64,000 bases of DNA from Dicyema japonicum (Eukaryota > Animalia > Dicyemida): assembly GCA_011109175.1 (NCBI GenBank), contig RDEW01000081.1, positions 31,430 to 95,429 of the forward strand. The letters run 5' to 3'. Positions 48,600 through 62,129 of the stretch are shown one piece after another. How positions within the stretch are numbered: the first letter of the stretch is position 1; every line of letters begins with the position of its first letter. The position numbers were made by a program, and so were the translations under genes. Below the pieces are notes generated by a model. It had not been told where the DNA came from, searched no databases, and worked only from the letters and a program-made list of their open reading frames with translations.

Positions 48600-49698
48600 C
48601 TTCTCTCTCAAAAAAGCTCTCCAATAGGAATTTTCTTGTCAGTTGATTGTTATCAAAGTCTTTTTTTTATCCGTATGAAGTCCCCAATCTTTATATCTTT
48701 TTTCTGAAATTTTTATTGTCGTTTTCTTTTGTTTTGTTCTTATATTTCTCCAAATGTATCATAACCTCTTTATTACATTCCTCAGTTGACTCATCTGACA
48801 GTTGCAAGTCAGATACTGCACCAACATTGAAACCTGGAATGCCACGAAATAATTTAAACGGCGATTTTCTCGTCGCACGATGGCAAGACACATTATATTT
48901 GTAAACGGGTTTTTCCAAAATATCAACCCACTTTGCTGATCTTGTTTCAAAGAAAGTTTTTGCTAACCAATGTTTAAGTGTTTGGTTATAACCTTTGACT
49001 TGACACTGTGAGTTAGGATTTCTAGGCCTTCCGTGAATTGAGTTGACTTTCAATCGGAAAGAAAATTAGTCATATTTCAATTACGGAATTCTTTTCCGTT
49101 ATCAGTATGTAATGAAACTGGTGGACCAACCGTCAGAAAAAGATGTTCCAATGAAGTTTTTACATTTTCCGCTGTTTTATTAAAAAGCGGAAATGCCCAG
49201 GCATACTTAAAGAAACAATCGATCACTGTTAAAATCCAGTTGAATTCATTATTGTCCGAAGCATATCTTCTAAGATCGATGCAATCAGCCTTAAATCGTT
49301 CATAATTTTTAGAGAAAGTGAGCATTTTGATTTCTTTAGATGTTTTTAGATAATTAAAACTTTTACAGGAATCGCAATTTGATATAAATCTGCGAATAAC
49401 ATCATGTTTTATTCCAACATATTATCTGATATAAGTTTTGTCAATTTGCTAAAACCAGGATGGCCGATGTTGTGTTCTTGGGATAAAATTGAGTGAATTC
49501 TGTTTTTTGAAAAGCACAAAAGACTGTCCTAGAGATCCATCTCTTTTAGTCAAAATAAGTGATCATTTATCAATAAAAGAATTTGACACCGTTTTCTAAG
49601 TGTTCTTTTAGCATGATCAGACATTCCAATAGGATATACTTTCTCTTTCAAATAACAAAAAATTATATTCAATTCTTCTTGTGAATTGACCGATAGGT
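48600..49698 (-). mobile_element. Ginger/KRBA2-like DDE integrase gene (frameshifted; start codon displaced to 52053-52055 by a MULE insertion)
   Basis: ADCIDLRRY...WILTVIDCFFKYAWAFPL, LHTDNGKEF, HGRPRNPNSQCQV...NQTLK, SPFKLFRG. No RT or LTR nearby. Confidence 0.8.
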
Positions 49699-49706
49699 AA
49701 GGAGGC

Positions 49707-52045
49707 GGAGTAAGGAAAAAAAAGTCAAGCGGAAAAAAGGTCAAGCGGAAAAAAAGTCAAGTCGTCTTTTTTTAGTTTATATCGCATTTTTGTGATACTA
49801 TTAGCATCTTTTAATTTTTTTAAATTTTTTCAATACTTGACTTTTTTTCCGCTTGACTTTTTTTCTATTTTTAAAAATTTTTCCCTTATAAATTTTCGAA
49901 ATTTAGCGCAAAATAGAAAAAAAGTCAAGTCTGCTAACGATATCACGGACTTGACTTTTTTTCCGCTTTGGTATAAACGCTTTGACTAAATCAATTTAAG
50001 AATTTCAAGGTAATAATAAAATTGACTTGACTTTTTTCGCTTTGGTTTAATCTTTTTGTTAAATATCAACTAACAAAGTAGGAAAGAAAATTTGTTTTAA
50101 GGGTTATATGTATACAAAGCACTCGGTGACAAAAAACTATATAATTTTTAAATGTGTGAAAAAATCTTCACAAGGATGCAGAGGAAGCCTAAGAACAGAT
50201 CATACTTTTGAATTTCCCAAATAAGGAATTTCTCACAATCACGAATTTGACGAAAGTCAAATAAAACTGATGAAATTGTGCAACGAAGCAAAATTTATTG
50301 CTAAAACGAGTGAAGAAAATCCCTTACAAATCTATTCAAAAGTTGTGTCTCAATGTGAAACAGCAACCAAAATTATTCTCTCTTCTGCAGATTCTTTTAA
50401 GCGAACACTAGGAATCAACGCTTGTCTCTACATATTCCAAAAAATATTTTCGATCTCGGAGATATTCCATCGTCTTTAACTTTAACTCTTGGTCCAGATT
50501 CAAAAAATTTTTTAATTTATGATAATCATAGAAGAACCGATAGAATATTAATATTCAGCACCAAAACTAATTTAACGTTATTGGCGAATTCAAAATCATG
50601 GTATATGGATGGAAATTTCTCCATGGCACCATGTATCTTCAAGCAAATCTATTTTATCAGGATTCAGTTCAATGCCAGTGCAATTACAGTTATTTATGGA
50701 ATATTACCTTCTAAATCACGAAAGATTTACGAAGAATTTTTTGAGGCTATTCAAAATGCAATTCATAATTTGAATTTGGAATTTTGTCTTGAAACTATTA
50801 TGGCAGACTTTGAAGATTCGGTATTTCGAGCTGTCCTTGCAGTATTTGGGAGACGAATACATATTAGAGGATGTTATTATCATCTAAGACAGTCAACCTG
50901 GAGAAAAATTCAAGAATTGCATCTAGTAAAACAATATAAAGAAAATATTAATTTTAACATTTTTTGCGCAATGATAGACGCTCTTGCATTTTTACCCATT
51001 CAAGATATGGAAGAAGGAATAGAATTCCTAATGAATAATATGCCAGAAAATGTTCCAGATTCAAAATATATATTAGATTATTTTGATAGAACATATGTTC
51101 GCGGTTATTATCGTTGCTTAAATGATCGAGAAAATCCCTTAGCTGTTAGAATACAGCACATTGCTCATTGTTTCCTCCAAATTTATAGGAATGTGTATGA
51201 AGCTACACTCAATAATAAACAAAGAACAAATAACTATTGTGAAGGGTGAAACAATAAATTATACAATTTGACGGGATATCGTCATCCATCATATGGAATA
51301 TTATATCGTCATTCCAAAAAGAAGAAAAAATGACGAAAACTATTATTGATCAGGATTCCTTTGGAAAAAGAATTTCAACAAGAACAAATAAAAAAACGAT
51401 TGATAGATAGACAAAAAAGGCTTTTAAATATATGTCTGGATCGCCAGGACGGAAAAATAACAGTAGGAGAAGCCCTAAAAGAAATTGCATGGAATATTAA
51501 ATATTCTTTTGATTCACATTAAATAATCCCTTGATTCACGTTAAATAAAAATCATATGTTTATTACATTTTAAAAAATTTTAAAAGTAGAAAAAATCTGT
51601 TTTATTTTTAGAATTTATTTCCACCACGTGAGTTTTAGTTGTGGCGGGGCATTTTAATGCAATTACAAACTAAAGCATTAACATTTGCCAAAATTAACTA
51701 TTTAAAAAATTTGTTATTCTAAACTCGCTTACTTTAAAATGAAACGATCATGAATAAAAATTTTAATTTATAAACGGAAAAAAAGTCAAGTTTGTTAACG
51801 AAATTATGGACTTTACTTTTTTTCCGTTTTGCGCTAAATTTCGAAAATTTATAAGGGAAAAATTTTCAAAAAATGGAGCGGAAAAAAAGTCAAGAATTGA
51901 AAAAATTTTTAAAAATTAAAAGATGCTAGTAGTATCACAAAAATGCGTTATAAACTAAAAAAAGACGACTTGACTTTTTTCCCCTTACGGACTTGACTTT
52001 TTTTCCGCTTGACCTTTTTTCCACTTAACTTTTTTTTCTACAACC
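49707..52045 (+). mobile_element. Mutator-like (MULE) transposon with ~270-bp repeat-rich TIRs
   Basis: Transposase WYMDGNFSMAP...IMADFE...GCYYHLRQSTWRKIQ (50422-51249) with FLYWCH-like SHNH upstream. Inverted arms at ~49707-49975 and ~51775-52045. 8-bp TSD AAGGAGGC at 49699-49706 and 52046-52053. Confidence 0.93.
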
Positions 52046-52317
52046 AAGGAGGCATCACACAAAATATTATATAGCGTGGTAATATTATCAATTAAAAATT
52101 AGAAAATTATAAATAAAATTTTTTGTTTTATTTAAATAAAAATGTTAAATGTTTATTTAAATTAAAAATTTTGTTTTTCCTCCAAAAATCGGGGACCGAT
52201 GTCAAGGTCTCCCATTTTTGTCCCATACTAAGTCGAACATGTTTTTGGACAAAATTAAAAATTTCGTTTTTACTCCCAAAAGAGTCCGGTAACCATTTGT
52301 TTTGGAATGATAAATTA

Positions 52318-52340
52318 GACTTATCAGCCCGGACGTGATA
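52318..52340. repeat. Mariner-like TIR (right-hand orientation)
   Basis: GACTTATCAGCCCGGAC is the perfect 17-bp inverse of 46806-46822. Confidence 0.5.
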
Positions 52341-52404
52341 CTTTACTCGGACGTGATACGACAATAAATAATTAAAGCGTTTAAGATCCACGTCATCAGT
52401 TCTA

Positions 52405-52779
52405 TTATTATTATTAGCACTTTCACGAGAGCCATAATTTTTATAGCCCCATGTGGAGCAAAAAACATAACAGAAATAATTAGCTTACTTCAAGCTCTTC
52501 TGTTCTTAGATAGGTCATTCAGTGTGTTCAGATTGTCACCAGATGCCATTGTTTTCTTCACGGCTTTCAGATCGTTTTATAAAACGACCGGGAGGATTAT
52601 TCTCGGTCTTCCCCGAAAGCGTTTTACATTGGAGAAGGACTAGTAGTCTTCCATTGCGATACTCGGAGGGTGTCGGGTGTCGGGTCCAACCTCAAAACGT
52701 GTCCAAAAAGTCTCCAACGAGAGCTAATGATCTCGAGAGTTAATGGTGTACAGTCTTTTCCGCGAGATCTTGGATGGCA
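52405..52779 (-). mobile_element. 5'-truncated RTE copy with 10-bp TSD
   Basis: LEIISSRWRLFGHVLRLD. Conserved hairpin at 52431-52447, (TAA)n tail. TSD ATCAGTTCTA at 52395-52404 and 52780-52789. Confidence 0.8.
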
Positions 52780-52817
52780 ATCAGTTCTAACAAAAGGAAA
52801 TAGAAATAATTTAAAAA

Positions 52818-54310
52818 CGTGGCGTCATGTGGTACACCAGACAGACTAGTCATTGAAACTCTCAAAGTGCGCGTAACGCACCTCAGAAAAGGACCATTTG
52901 CTTTCTTCACCGGAGAGTAATGTCTTTCTCCATCGACGGAATTTCTGGATCGTTATCAGCTTCCCGGACGTGTGTCCCTCGAAAACATAAGGATCAGATT
53001 TCAGTGATCCAGCTAATCGTGAATTAAATCAAGGGTAAAATCTTGGATCTCAGAACACTTATCTCAAAAATCAAAATTGACATCCTACTGATTCAAGAGT
53101 CTAAACTGAATCCAAATGCTTTACGCCTATTTTTCCTGGATTCAATGTTATTCAAAAAGATCTTACAATGAAATGTGGAGGTGGACTACTAACGATTATT
53201 AGAAAGGGACTCAATTATCAAGACTGTTCATAAGAAATAAAGAAACTCTATGGGGTCGACGTAACAACGGAAACCAATGGAATCTCTGTGGGTTTAGCAG
53301 AAGGAAAATTGTTTCTGGGTGAACGTCTATATAACTCATTTTGGCTCATGCCCTAAGAAGTATTCAATTGTTGACAAATCTACTTTGGAATATATGGGGG
53401 AAATCTTGATCTGCAGAGACCTGAATGCCAAACATCCCTATTGGCTGTCAAGTCAGCCTGCCGATTCAAGAGGAAGACTTCTACTATCTCAGTCTGGAAA
53501 ACTGATGATCATTAATGACCTCTCGAGCAAAATGGTCACAAGTTCTCACAGCTTTGAACCAAAATTAGACAATTACCTAAGTATGGAAAATTAGTCGGGA
53601 CATATCAAAGGCTGATGATAAACTAACCGACGAATCCGAATACAGCCAGTGAGATCTGAATTCCATATGAAGTATTATGTGAAAATTGCCTATAAAGAGA
53701 AACGGAAGATGTCAACTTCCTTTAGAAAACCGAAGAAAGATAGCTAATCTTCATATTTTTCAGAAACGGATATAAAAGAAGCACTGCTTAATACAGACTA
53801 CCTATTCCCACGGCCCAGATGGAATCCCTGTTATCTTGCTGAAAATTCTTGGACCGGAGGGGATCAGGACCTTTGCAAAGATCTATAATTGGTCTTTAAG
53901 GGAAAATGCGATCACCTTAATATGGAAATTCGCCTACATCTACCCGACATTGAAAATGAGAAAACCAAAAACGACCGCCATCATTCAGACCGGTATCGTT
54001 GCTATCTTCAATATCGAAAATTCTGGAAAAGCTAGTTCTTCAAAAGATCAGAGGAACAATCCCAGAGAAACCATTAAAACACGGATTTAAATCCTTTCAC
54101 TCGACGGATACCAACCTACTATTCCTGAGTGAGTTTATTCGCTCTGGATTCACCTGCAAACCCAGGCACAAAAAATCAATTCTATGTTTTGTAGACATTT
54201 ACATGGCATTTGACTCCATCCCAAGAAAAAGACTCACCAGGAAAATCTATCAGACGGATATACCTGGGAATTTCAAACTCTGGCTATGAATTTTTTCAGT
54301 GGACAAAGAG
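52818..54310 (+). mobile_element. ORF1-less APE-RT LINE family B copy (degenerate, 3' truncated)
   Basis: Same 5' leader. APE (IDILLIQESKL; GGGLLTII; DLNAKHPYW). RT (GPDGIP, LLSSISKILEKL, QHGFK-like, VDIYMAFDSI). Confidence 0.75.
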
Positions 54311-55099
54311 GATTCGATAACATTTGCAGAGTCGTCTTCATTTTGGATATTTGTTAGCTCATAAACATTTTCATTACTAAAATCTGTGCCTTTTCTTTTA
54401 CTTAAAATCAACGACTTTACCAAATTACAGTTAAACTTCGATCATTTCTGTTCTTTTATCCATTTCATAAAACAGATAATAAACTCCACAATTCTACTAT
54501 TTCTTACTGTGTTTCCCATAAGTATATGGAAAATTTTCATGATTAATAAAGAAACCATAAATAAATTGAAAATTTTTAAAATAAAAACGAAAAGATATCA
54601 TTTTAATGTTAAAATACTTTAAAATGTTTTATCGATTCTGAATGATAAAATTTGACATTATCCATTATTAGGATTTTTTTATTATAAAATTTTGAGTCTT
54701 ACAATTTTCTATAAAAATTAGAAATCTTTTTGTATTAAAAGAACCATCCACCATTTCATGTCAAATATTGTAGCCCGTTGTTTATCATTAATAAATGATT
54801 GCAGCAGTTGCGTAAGATTATAGTTGTTTATAGTAAAACAAATAAGTTTTTGTTGGAAAGCGAATGCCTCCAATTAGAACCACAGCATAATTTTCTTCAG
54901 CCCAAATGTACAGCACCGAGATTCGGCTATCAGGTCTTTTACTCGACACTCGTTACACTGCCCCGCTCTGCACTGTGCCACTCCCTTCATTTTATATAAA
55001 TTTAAAAAATAATTAAATTAATTTAGGGAGTATTAATTTTTAGGCTATTTCCTCAGACAATAGCTATCGAGATAAGCTCCCTAAGTCTCACTTAAATTC

Positions 55100-55480
55100 T
55101 TGGTGAGTTTTTTGATTATTGAATCGATCCAATTCATCTGTTGGGTGTTTACCATCGTCTCTAATGAGACCAGTAGTGTCCAAAATGCACTGATACCAAC
55201 CAGAGGAAAGTGCTTTTCCGCATCACGTTGAGACATGAATGCCTTAGGTAATCTGCAAGATGATGGATGGTAGACATATCGATCAAGCGTTCACTACGAA
55301 ATTTTCTCTCCTCACACACTTTTAGACCAAGACGTAGCTAGGTGGCTATTTCACTGCTTCATCATCTAGCAGTTTGCCAATGTCGGGAAATGGATATGCG
55401 TTCAGCTACCGTTTTTAGACACGAAAGACTTTTTGTAACCCCACGTCGATAATAGGCTTCTGATTAGCGCCGCCCTCCGG
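55100..55480 (-). mobile_element. CRE-like fragment
   Basis: LNAYPFPDIGKLLDDEAV..LRLGLKVC; DTTGLIRDDGKHP (cf. EPTGLFDNGRRPDG). Confidence 0.65.
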
Positions 55481-55569
55481 AATTCTTGATCCAAAATTAG
55501 TCAATTCACTTTAATAACCTTTTCTTTAATACACCGTTACATATCGTAATTGACACGAATATCAAATTT

Positions 55570-56300
55570 TTGTTTAGCTTCTAATATAACGGGCATCGTC
55601 CACATCTAGCCTTTTTTGAGAATACCCAAAGTTGACATATATTGTTTTCGATCCCGGATCCATCTTGCATTCGGAGATGTCGTGTTCCCTGCACACAGAA
55701 AACACTTTTCCCTGTACTTGCATTGGTATGCAGAGTGTCCGATTTGTTGGCATTTATAGCAAATCTCCGCATCCATTTGCAAGTGACCTCGTTTCTTCCA
55801 ATGACAAAGTCGCAGCGAACTAGTGATGTGGCCTCTGCTTTGTGTCCGACTGACGCCTTGGCCATTGGCAAGTCTGTCAACTTCTGAACATGTAAGAGAC
55901 CTTCCTAGTGGATGGGTCCATTTCTTGGAGATAGTTCAAGAGATCGCTGTCCTCAACCAAAGTTCTTCATTACAATTTCTGATGGCCTCAAGGTTATCTT
56001 GGTGATTGTCAGGTCCGAAGAGGCAAGCATCGTTCACGGGTTCTATAAAAGCATCGTTTCAGAGTTGATGTAGAATACAAGGCGCAAAGTGCCTGAGCCT
56101 CTGTGGCTCATCCTCGTAGATCTTGATTCGTCGTGAGGGTAAACGACATTACCGATCTTTATGGCGCTCATAGTTGAGCATACTAAGATTTGTAAATTCA
56201 GGTTGTCTGAGTACTCCATAGTGATGTCGTCGTTTTCGTATAGCTTTTACTAATTGGTTTAGCTTTTTTGCTCATGGGTTCTGGATTGGTCGCCGTTATG
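55570..56300 (-). mobile_element. LINE family A ORF1 fragment
   Basis: DLPMAKASV...VTCKWMRR and CCHC remnants homologous to 3924-4460. Confidence 0.7.
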
Positions 56301-56429
56301 GGCATTCCATTAGCAGGTGTAAATTCTTAAACTTTGCATGGCGTCTTGTTTTTTTCTGTGAAGGATTTGATATTTGCAGTTTCCAGAAGGCGAAAAGAGT
56401 TGCTCTTCTGCTTTGTTATCACTAAAATT

Positions 56430-57750
56430 TAAGGGTAAAACAAATTTTAATGTGAAAATAAACCATTTTTTGATTTTCTCATTTTCAGACGTCCTCTGGA
56501 AACATTTACTTTTTCCGCGTGCTGGATAATTTCAATTGGATTAAGAAATATCGAGTAGGGGGTAATAGAACATGGGATTTTCCGTATAATGATGAATGCA
56601 GGCATTATCCAAGATGTTGGTTTTCAATTCCCTTTTCATAACAAAGAATTTCTTAAGGATTCCATAAAAATTGGTCATTGATGTAATTTCTGGTTCTGTT
56701 GGCCCCTACATAAATATAGTTCTTCCTCGATTTGGTATTAAGGATATTGAAAATACGACCTCATTATAAGTTTTAAGATGTTCTTTCATCCAAAAATAAT
56801 GTTAATGAGTAGAAAGTAACGCTATTTATGGGAAAGTGAAGCGAATGGCCGGGAATCCTAAAGAAAGGATTTATAAACATTTCGTCAGTCATGTATTTTT
56901 TAAATTGATGTTCATTAATTTCTCCGTATTATTGTTAACTTTCTTGTTGATTTGAAGTTGTCAAGTAAATAGTCATTACATGTCGACTAAGTAAATTATT
57001 CTTCTGATATTTTATCTTTGATATTTAATGTCGACCGACGGCGACCTTACCAATCGTCCTTGATAAAGACATTAAAGAAATCGAGAGACGCCTCAAGGAT
57101 GGGGAATACCTCAACAGGTTGCGGGACATGGCAAAGAGTCGTCAGAGATGTAAGAAGTATCCAGTAGTTTGATTTTTCGTTTACAAATTCTATGCTACGT
57201 CGTATGACATAGCGTACGTGCATTTAATAATTTCCATAAAGCGTTAATATTGTGGATTCCATCAATATTAAGCTGGAATTTCTGTATTTACATATCATTG
57301 AATCAGAAAAACGATCCTTCCCCAAATGAGACTGAAAACTATTGATAAAATTGTTTTATTAAGAAATTCTCCACTCATCGTCATTAAATACGTTTCCCAT
57401 AAAATTTGAATATACGTTTGATTTGATTGAAAAATCTCAGAATAATGATAATTTTTGTTTAATGACTAAACATAATGCTCTCTTTGTTTAATCCAATTCT
57501 TTAAACTTTATAACCCATCCTTGCCTATAATTCGGATTTCTTGATTTTCAATTTTTTACAATCTTTGAAAAATTAATTCATCATAAAACATAACTGTCCG
57601 AAAACTTTTATATAAACAATTCGTCAGATGTTTGCTGTTTCGATAATTTTGAGAAAAATGCATTGGAGATTCACATGGTTGCAAATTATAAAAATGGCAG
57701 ATTCGAGAAGATTTAAAATATTAAATAATTAAAATGTTGAAGAATGTGAT
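56430..57750 (-). mobile_element. Decayed Tc1/IS630-like and pogo-like transposase remnants with a short RTE 3' fragment (plus strand, ~57040-57230) inside
   Basis: LFLDE, ILDNACIHH, LPP(Y)S.FLNPIE (56500-56800). RQGWVIKFK and VFNDDE (57380-57530). LPIVLDKDIKE resembles the RTE C-terminus. Confidence 0.4.
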
Positions 57751-58919
57751 TTTTTACATTGGTTACCTCTTGAGAACATCTCAGTTCGATTAGAAAGTAT
57801 ACTATGGTTGACTCCAGATAACAATCTTATGAAAATTATGGGGCTAAATGTAACAATTGTAGTTCTATCAGGAAAACTGGTGATTAAATGTCAAAATATA
57901 CGGATGAATACTGAATACCAACTATCATGAATTTACATCCTTTACGGAGATCAGACAGTCTTATTATTTTCACTTTCCAAAGTAACTTTATTTCTCCAGT
58001 CGAGATATTGTATTTTTAAATATGTATTGGCGATTATTGTGATTTAAATTGATGATGTAATTTCGATTCTTACATCGATAATTTAAAATCAGAATGAGCT
58101 GAATATGTCTTTTAATCATTATGGATTACTCTGGAATTAACATAATTCCTTTCAGAGTTCTGATGAATCACATAGTTATGTGAAATGATAACATAGAATG
58201 AAAACGTCATTCAATTCAGTGTAATAAGTCCGGACTAAAATCCTGAAGTCCGGTTAGAATATCTCAGCTGTCTATTTGTGTGAGGTTCCACGTATCTAGG
58301 ATGTTTTGGAGTTGACGAGTGATGCCGTAGGCATTCTTTCATAACCGCGGAATTGTGTTGTCTTCTGGGACTCGCACAAGAACAAAAAGAAGAACAATAA
58401 TTCATGAACAAATTCAATCAATTCCTTAAATTAATTAACTAACATTTCTGTTCTTATTAAATAAGCGTTTTCCTTAGGTGAGGTTTAAGTAATAGATTGA
58501 TTCTTCTAGGAAGATTCCATGGGATATATAATTATTGAACGACTCAAAAAGAGGGACTCAATTATCATGAACTTTGAGAAAACGTGGAATTTTGCATTAA
58601 AGTTTGCTTACAAAAGAAATTATCATAAGCCCATTATATATGGTTGGATGGAAAAATCAAAATAATATTATTCGAAAAACGCAAAAAAATATTTGGAACT
58701 TATCTTCACATATAACCCTTTAATTGTGCAATTTCTTGGGCAGACATAATGGGTGTAAGTCCGTTGATAAGAACTAGCATTTTGAATTACTTTTTTTAAC
58801 TTAATAACAGTGTCCTTTACAGTGTTTCCTTTAATAAAATGTTCCGTGTGGATCCTATTTATATTGAAATATTATTTATAACTTATAAATAATTAATTTT
58901 ATTTAGAAAAGAAAAAAAC

Positions 58920-58980
58920 AAAATATAGCGGCTGCCCTGACTGTGTGGCAATTCTTTCTCAGGATGGCAAGCGAAATTCG
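58920..58980 (-). mobile_element. CRE-like extreme 3' end
   Basis: Reverse complement of the 62715-62770 sequence (ISLAILR.N...V.AAAI). Confidence 0.6.
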
Positions 58981-59068
58981 CTCAAATATTTTCTATGATA
59001 TTGTGTTGGTGAATTAAACATATTCAGTATACACAAGTTCGTCCATGATTAAATAAATATTATGAAAT

Positions 59069-59440
59069 TTGGACACAAATTTGTCTATTATTTCGCAAAC
59101 GAACAGACGAGATGACAACCTGGTTAGGAACGCTTCGTGTGTTGATCCGTGCTCTCAGCAAAATTTGACTGCTTCAGTCTCTGACCGAGGTAATGTTCCT
59201 AAGCAAATCGAAAATCAAAAGATAATGAAGTATAAAAGTATTTCGGGGTACCACATGTTTGTCCCATTTGCTATTAAGACGTCAGGAATTCTTTGCCCAC
59301 AAAAGAACGATCTACTCAGTCAGATCAGCTCAATGGTCCAAAGGGTCACCAAGGATACAGTGAGACTTGATGGCTTCAAAAACGTATCTCGATAGCTATT
59401 GTCAGAAGAAACAACCTGGCGATTCAAGCACCCTAGATTA
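59069..59440 (+). mobile_element. CRE-like endonuclease-domain fragment
   Basis: KIMKY...FVPFAIKTSG...KRISIAIVRRN. Confidence 0.7.
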
Positions 59441-59519
59441 AGTGTTTTTTAACTGTTTGTACGCAAAACAATAAATTTATTACGTCTAAGAGGCTTTTGG
59501 AAACAAAACCTCCGATAAC

Positions 59520-59840
59520 ACCAATTGTGGCAAAATACCTACGTGGCAGATATATAGCCGACCTGATCGATTTGCGACGTTATTCTGACAAAAACTTGGG
59601 TATTTATTCTCATTAATTTTCTGTAGCTTTTGACAGTGGTTGATTGTTTAAGGAAATTTAGTATGGTCGAAATTCTCTACTCCAAAAATTCAAAGGAAGT
59701 AGTTGAAATTACACACAGATAACGGAAAAGAAGTTAAAAATAAATTGATGACCGACATGATAATGGAGCTTCGTGTCAAATATGTATATGGTAAACCACG
59801 TGCTCAATTGATACGAGGTCAAGTAGAGAGGTAAAAAAAG
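59520..59840 (+). mobile_element. Second Ginger-like integrase fragment
   Basis: YIADLIDLRRYSD, LTVVDC, HTDNGKEVKN, YGKPR...GQVER. Confidence 0.7.
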
Positions 59841-59899
59841 AAATTATAAATTTAGATTTAACCATCGATAACGAAAATGGATTTCCTTTACATCCGCTT

Positions 59900-60080
59900 C
59901 CAGTGGAGAGATTGGGAGTCATGTTCTTCATTTAAAAAAATTGTTTTGATTGCAACAATTCGATACACGAGACAACGATAAAGTTAGCTATCGGTTAACT
60001 GGTAAAAGATCCAAGCCAAATCATCGTAAATGCGTGGAACCTTCAGCCGGAATGTAGAATTCATAGCAGCGAGATTTGAA
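59900..60080 (-). mobile_element. Degenerate copy of the tRNA/RTE SINE
   Basis: TTCAAATCTCGCTGCT...AAGGTTCCACGCATTTACGATG matches the SINE at 63100-63155. Confidence 0.55.
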
Positions 60081-61019
60081 TTAGAAGCCGTTCGACAAAA
60101 TGGAACGGTGTGGATCTACTTCTCCAACTCTCTTCGGAAGCGGAAGCCTGTATTGAAGTATTGAAAGATCAATTTGGTCGGCACAAGCAGATGTTCTCCC
60201 TTTGGTTCCTTCCTTGAATAATTAGTTATGACTGTTTGTGGTGAGTTACCATTGTAAGCCTGGGGTTAATAATAATCATGTTTGTCAGTTCCAAGATATT
60301 GCAAATTTTGCAGATAATCAGAACCCTTTTTTTTCATTCAGAATCCTTAAATTGGCATAACCAAATCGAACGTTTACGGATCTACAAATCAATAACCAGG
60401 TTCACCTTGTAACTGTCAACTTCTCAAAACGACTCAAAAAGATTCCAGAGATTTAAAGGGTCTTCTTAATGGGAAGCGAGGAGTCGTACAATTTTATTCG
60501 TGATGTTGCCTGTATTTCTTTATTTATTTAACACCCAAGACCACGGTAAAACTAAACTAACTATCACGTGATCCCGATGCGTTCCACCAAAATCCTCATT
60601 CTTTCCCGGTGCTTCTCCCTCGTGCCCACACAATAATCAATTAATGTCATACATAAGCAAAACACACTAAAAAACAACTAATTATATATGTTATATTTTA
60701 TTCAAATTTTTAATTCATTGAGAAATTATAAATAAATTTAAAACAATTGTTAACGTGCGTTATGTGGTTCACCATATTGGTCGCGCCAGAAATAATCCTA
60801 AATTATATCCATGGCCTTCTACAAGTTAGTGAGTCTGGGTTATTTAACTAACTAAATTATATTCATAAAGGACCATTATTCAACAACTATCAAGAGGAGT
60901 TCCCCTGGACGGAACTTTCAATTCTTTCTCTTTTACCCAGTGATCCTGCAAGTAATGATAATATTTTCTTGAGGTTTTTTGTGCATGCTACAGACATCCG
61001 GACCGCGTTCAGGACGAAA

Positions 61020-61330
61020 TACCAGGAGATCCCAAGTCCGAATCTCACTAATGTCCATTCAATATAAGGATCCGCGCATCTACGATGCTTCAGATTTGAC
61101 GAGGTTAATGGAAACGATTCTATGGATGGATATTTTAATTGTTTTGTAATCTGTGGATTCCGTGGAAGACCGACGACTACCGTAGCATAATTCTGAATAA
61201 GAACCTCTAAAAATTAATCTGAGGACGATTGACGACCTAGATACACTTGGACATATTCGAGTAATGAATGAGATTAATACAACTGCTAACAAACGATTGC
61301 GGCACATGAGAAAATTTTAATTAATTATTC
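61020..61330 (+). mobile_element. Degenerate copy of the tRNA/RTE SINE with a longer RTE 3' coding remnant
   Basis: CCGCGCATCTACGATGC...TTTGACGAG body, then RGRPTTT...TIDDLDTL (RTE C-terminus). Confidence 0.55.
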
Positions 61331-62129
61331 TAACGTGTTATTAATTGTAATTATAATAATTTGACACGTTTCTTCTGCAATGAAATGAGTGCTTCCCATG
61401 GGCTTCCTGTTGAAACAAACACAATCGAGAGTGTCGAAGCCAGGATGTTTGTCTGTGGCTGAATAAATTAAAGGGAGAAGAATTAACTGGAAAGTAATTA
61501 ACGACTTGGATAAAGTACACGTTTCATTCCTCACTTCACGAGTTCCTGTACTAATTAAAATATCTATTTATAGTTAGTCAAGTGGTCTACAAGGAAAAAT
61601 TATTTATGAATATATTTTACCGCCAAAAGGTAGTTAGCCGCTAAAATTGATTTACGATGTCCACGCCGAATATATAAGCAATTCCTGTCTACTCCGATCA
61701 AAATGTGTCGCGGGAAGGATAACATAACAAAGAACAATAAAGATTTTGACATTAATTATATACCTAGGGAAGACGATATTATTAGCTGAGTGATTCTGAC
61801 GATGGGGTCCCCCACCCTGACATAGATGTTTCAGAAATGTCGCATATTCTCGAACATAGAGATTTGATTATGAGATGGAATGACGATGGGGAAAACTATG
61901 AGGTGGAGCCGAAACTACTTAATGATATCTCTGATGGCATAGTACTAGCTGTGGAGACAGAATCAGAGATTCCCGGAGACTCCAGCGTATTGAAAGTATC
62001 CTGTGATGGAAGCGAGTTGATCGAAGAGTCTAATGATTCGACAGACAAGTCTAAACCAGAAAAGGATTCTGATTCTAATTTATGTCACAGTCCTATCAAA
62101 AAGGATTAATTAATTTTTTTTTAAATTTG

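Noticed and set aside
57900-58760. Possible piggyBac transposase remnant (FLKVHDN, QFRG), and an acidic ORF at 61837-62109
   Set aside because: Motifs too fragmentary, with no TTAA-flanked TIRs.
59600-59626. 27-nt GT-AG intron-like segment within the Ginger-like fragment
   Set aside because: Removing it does not restore the frame and leaves three expected residues missing.
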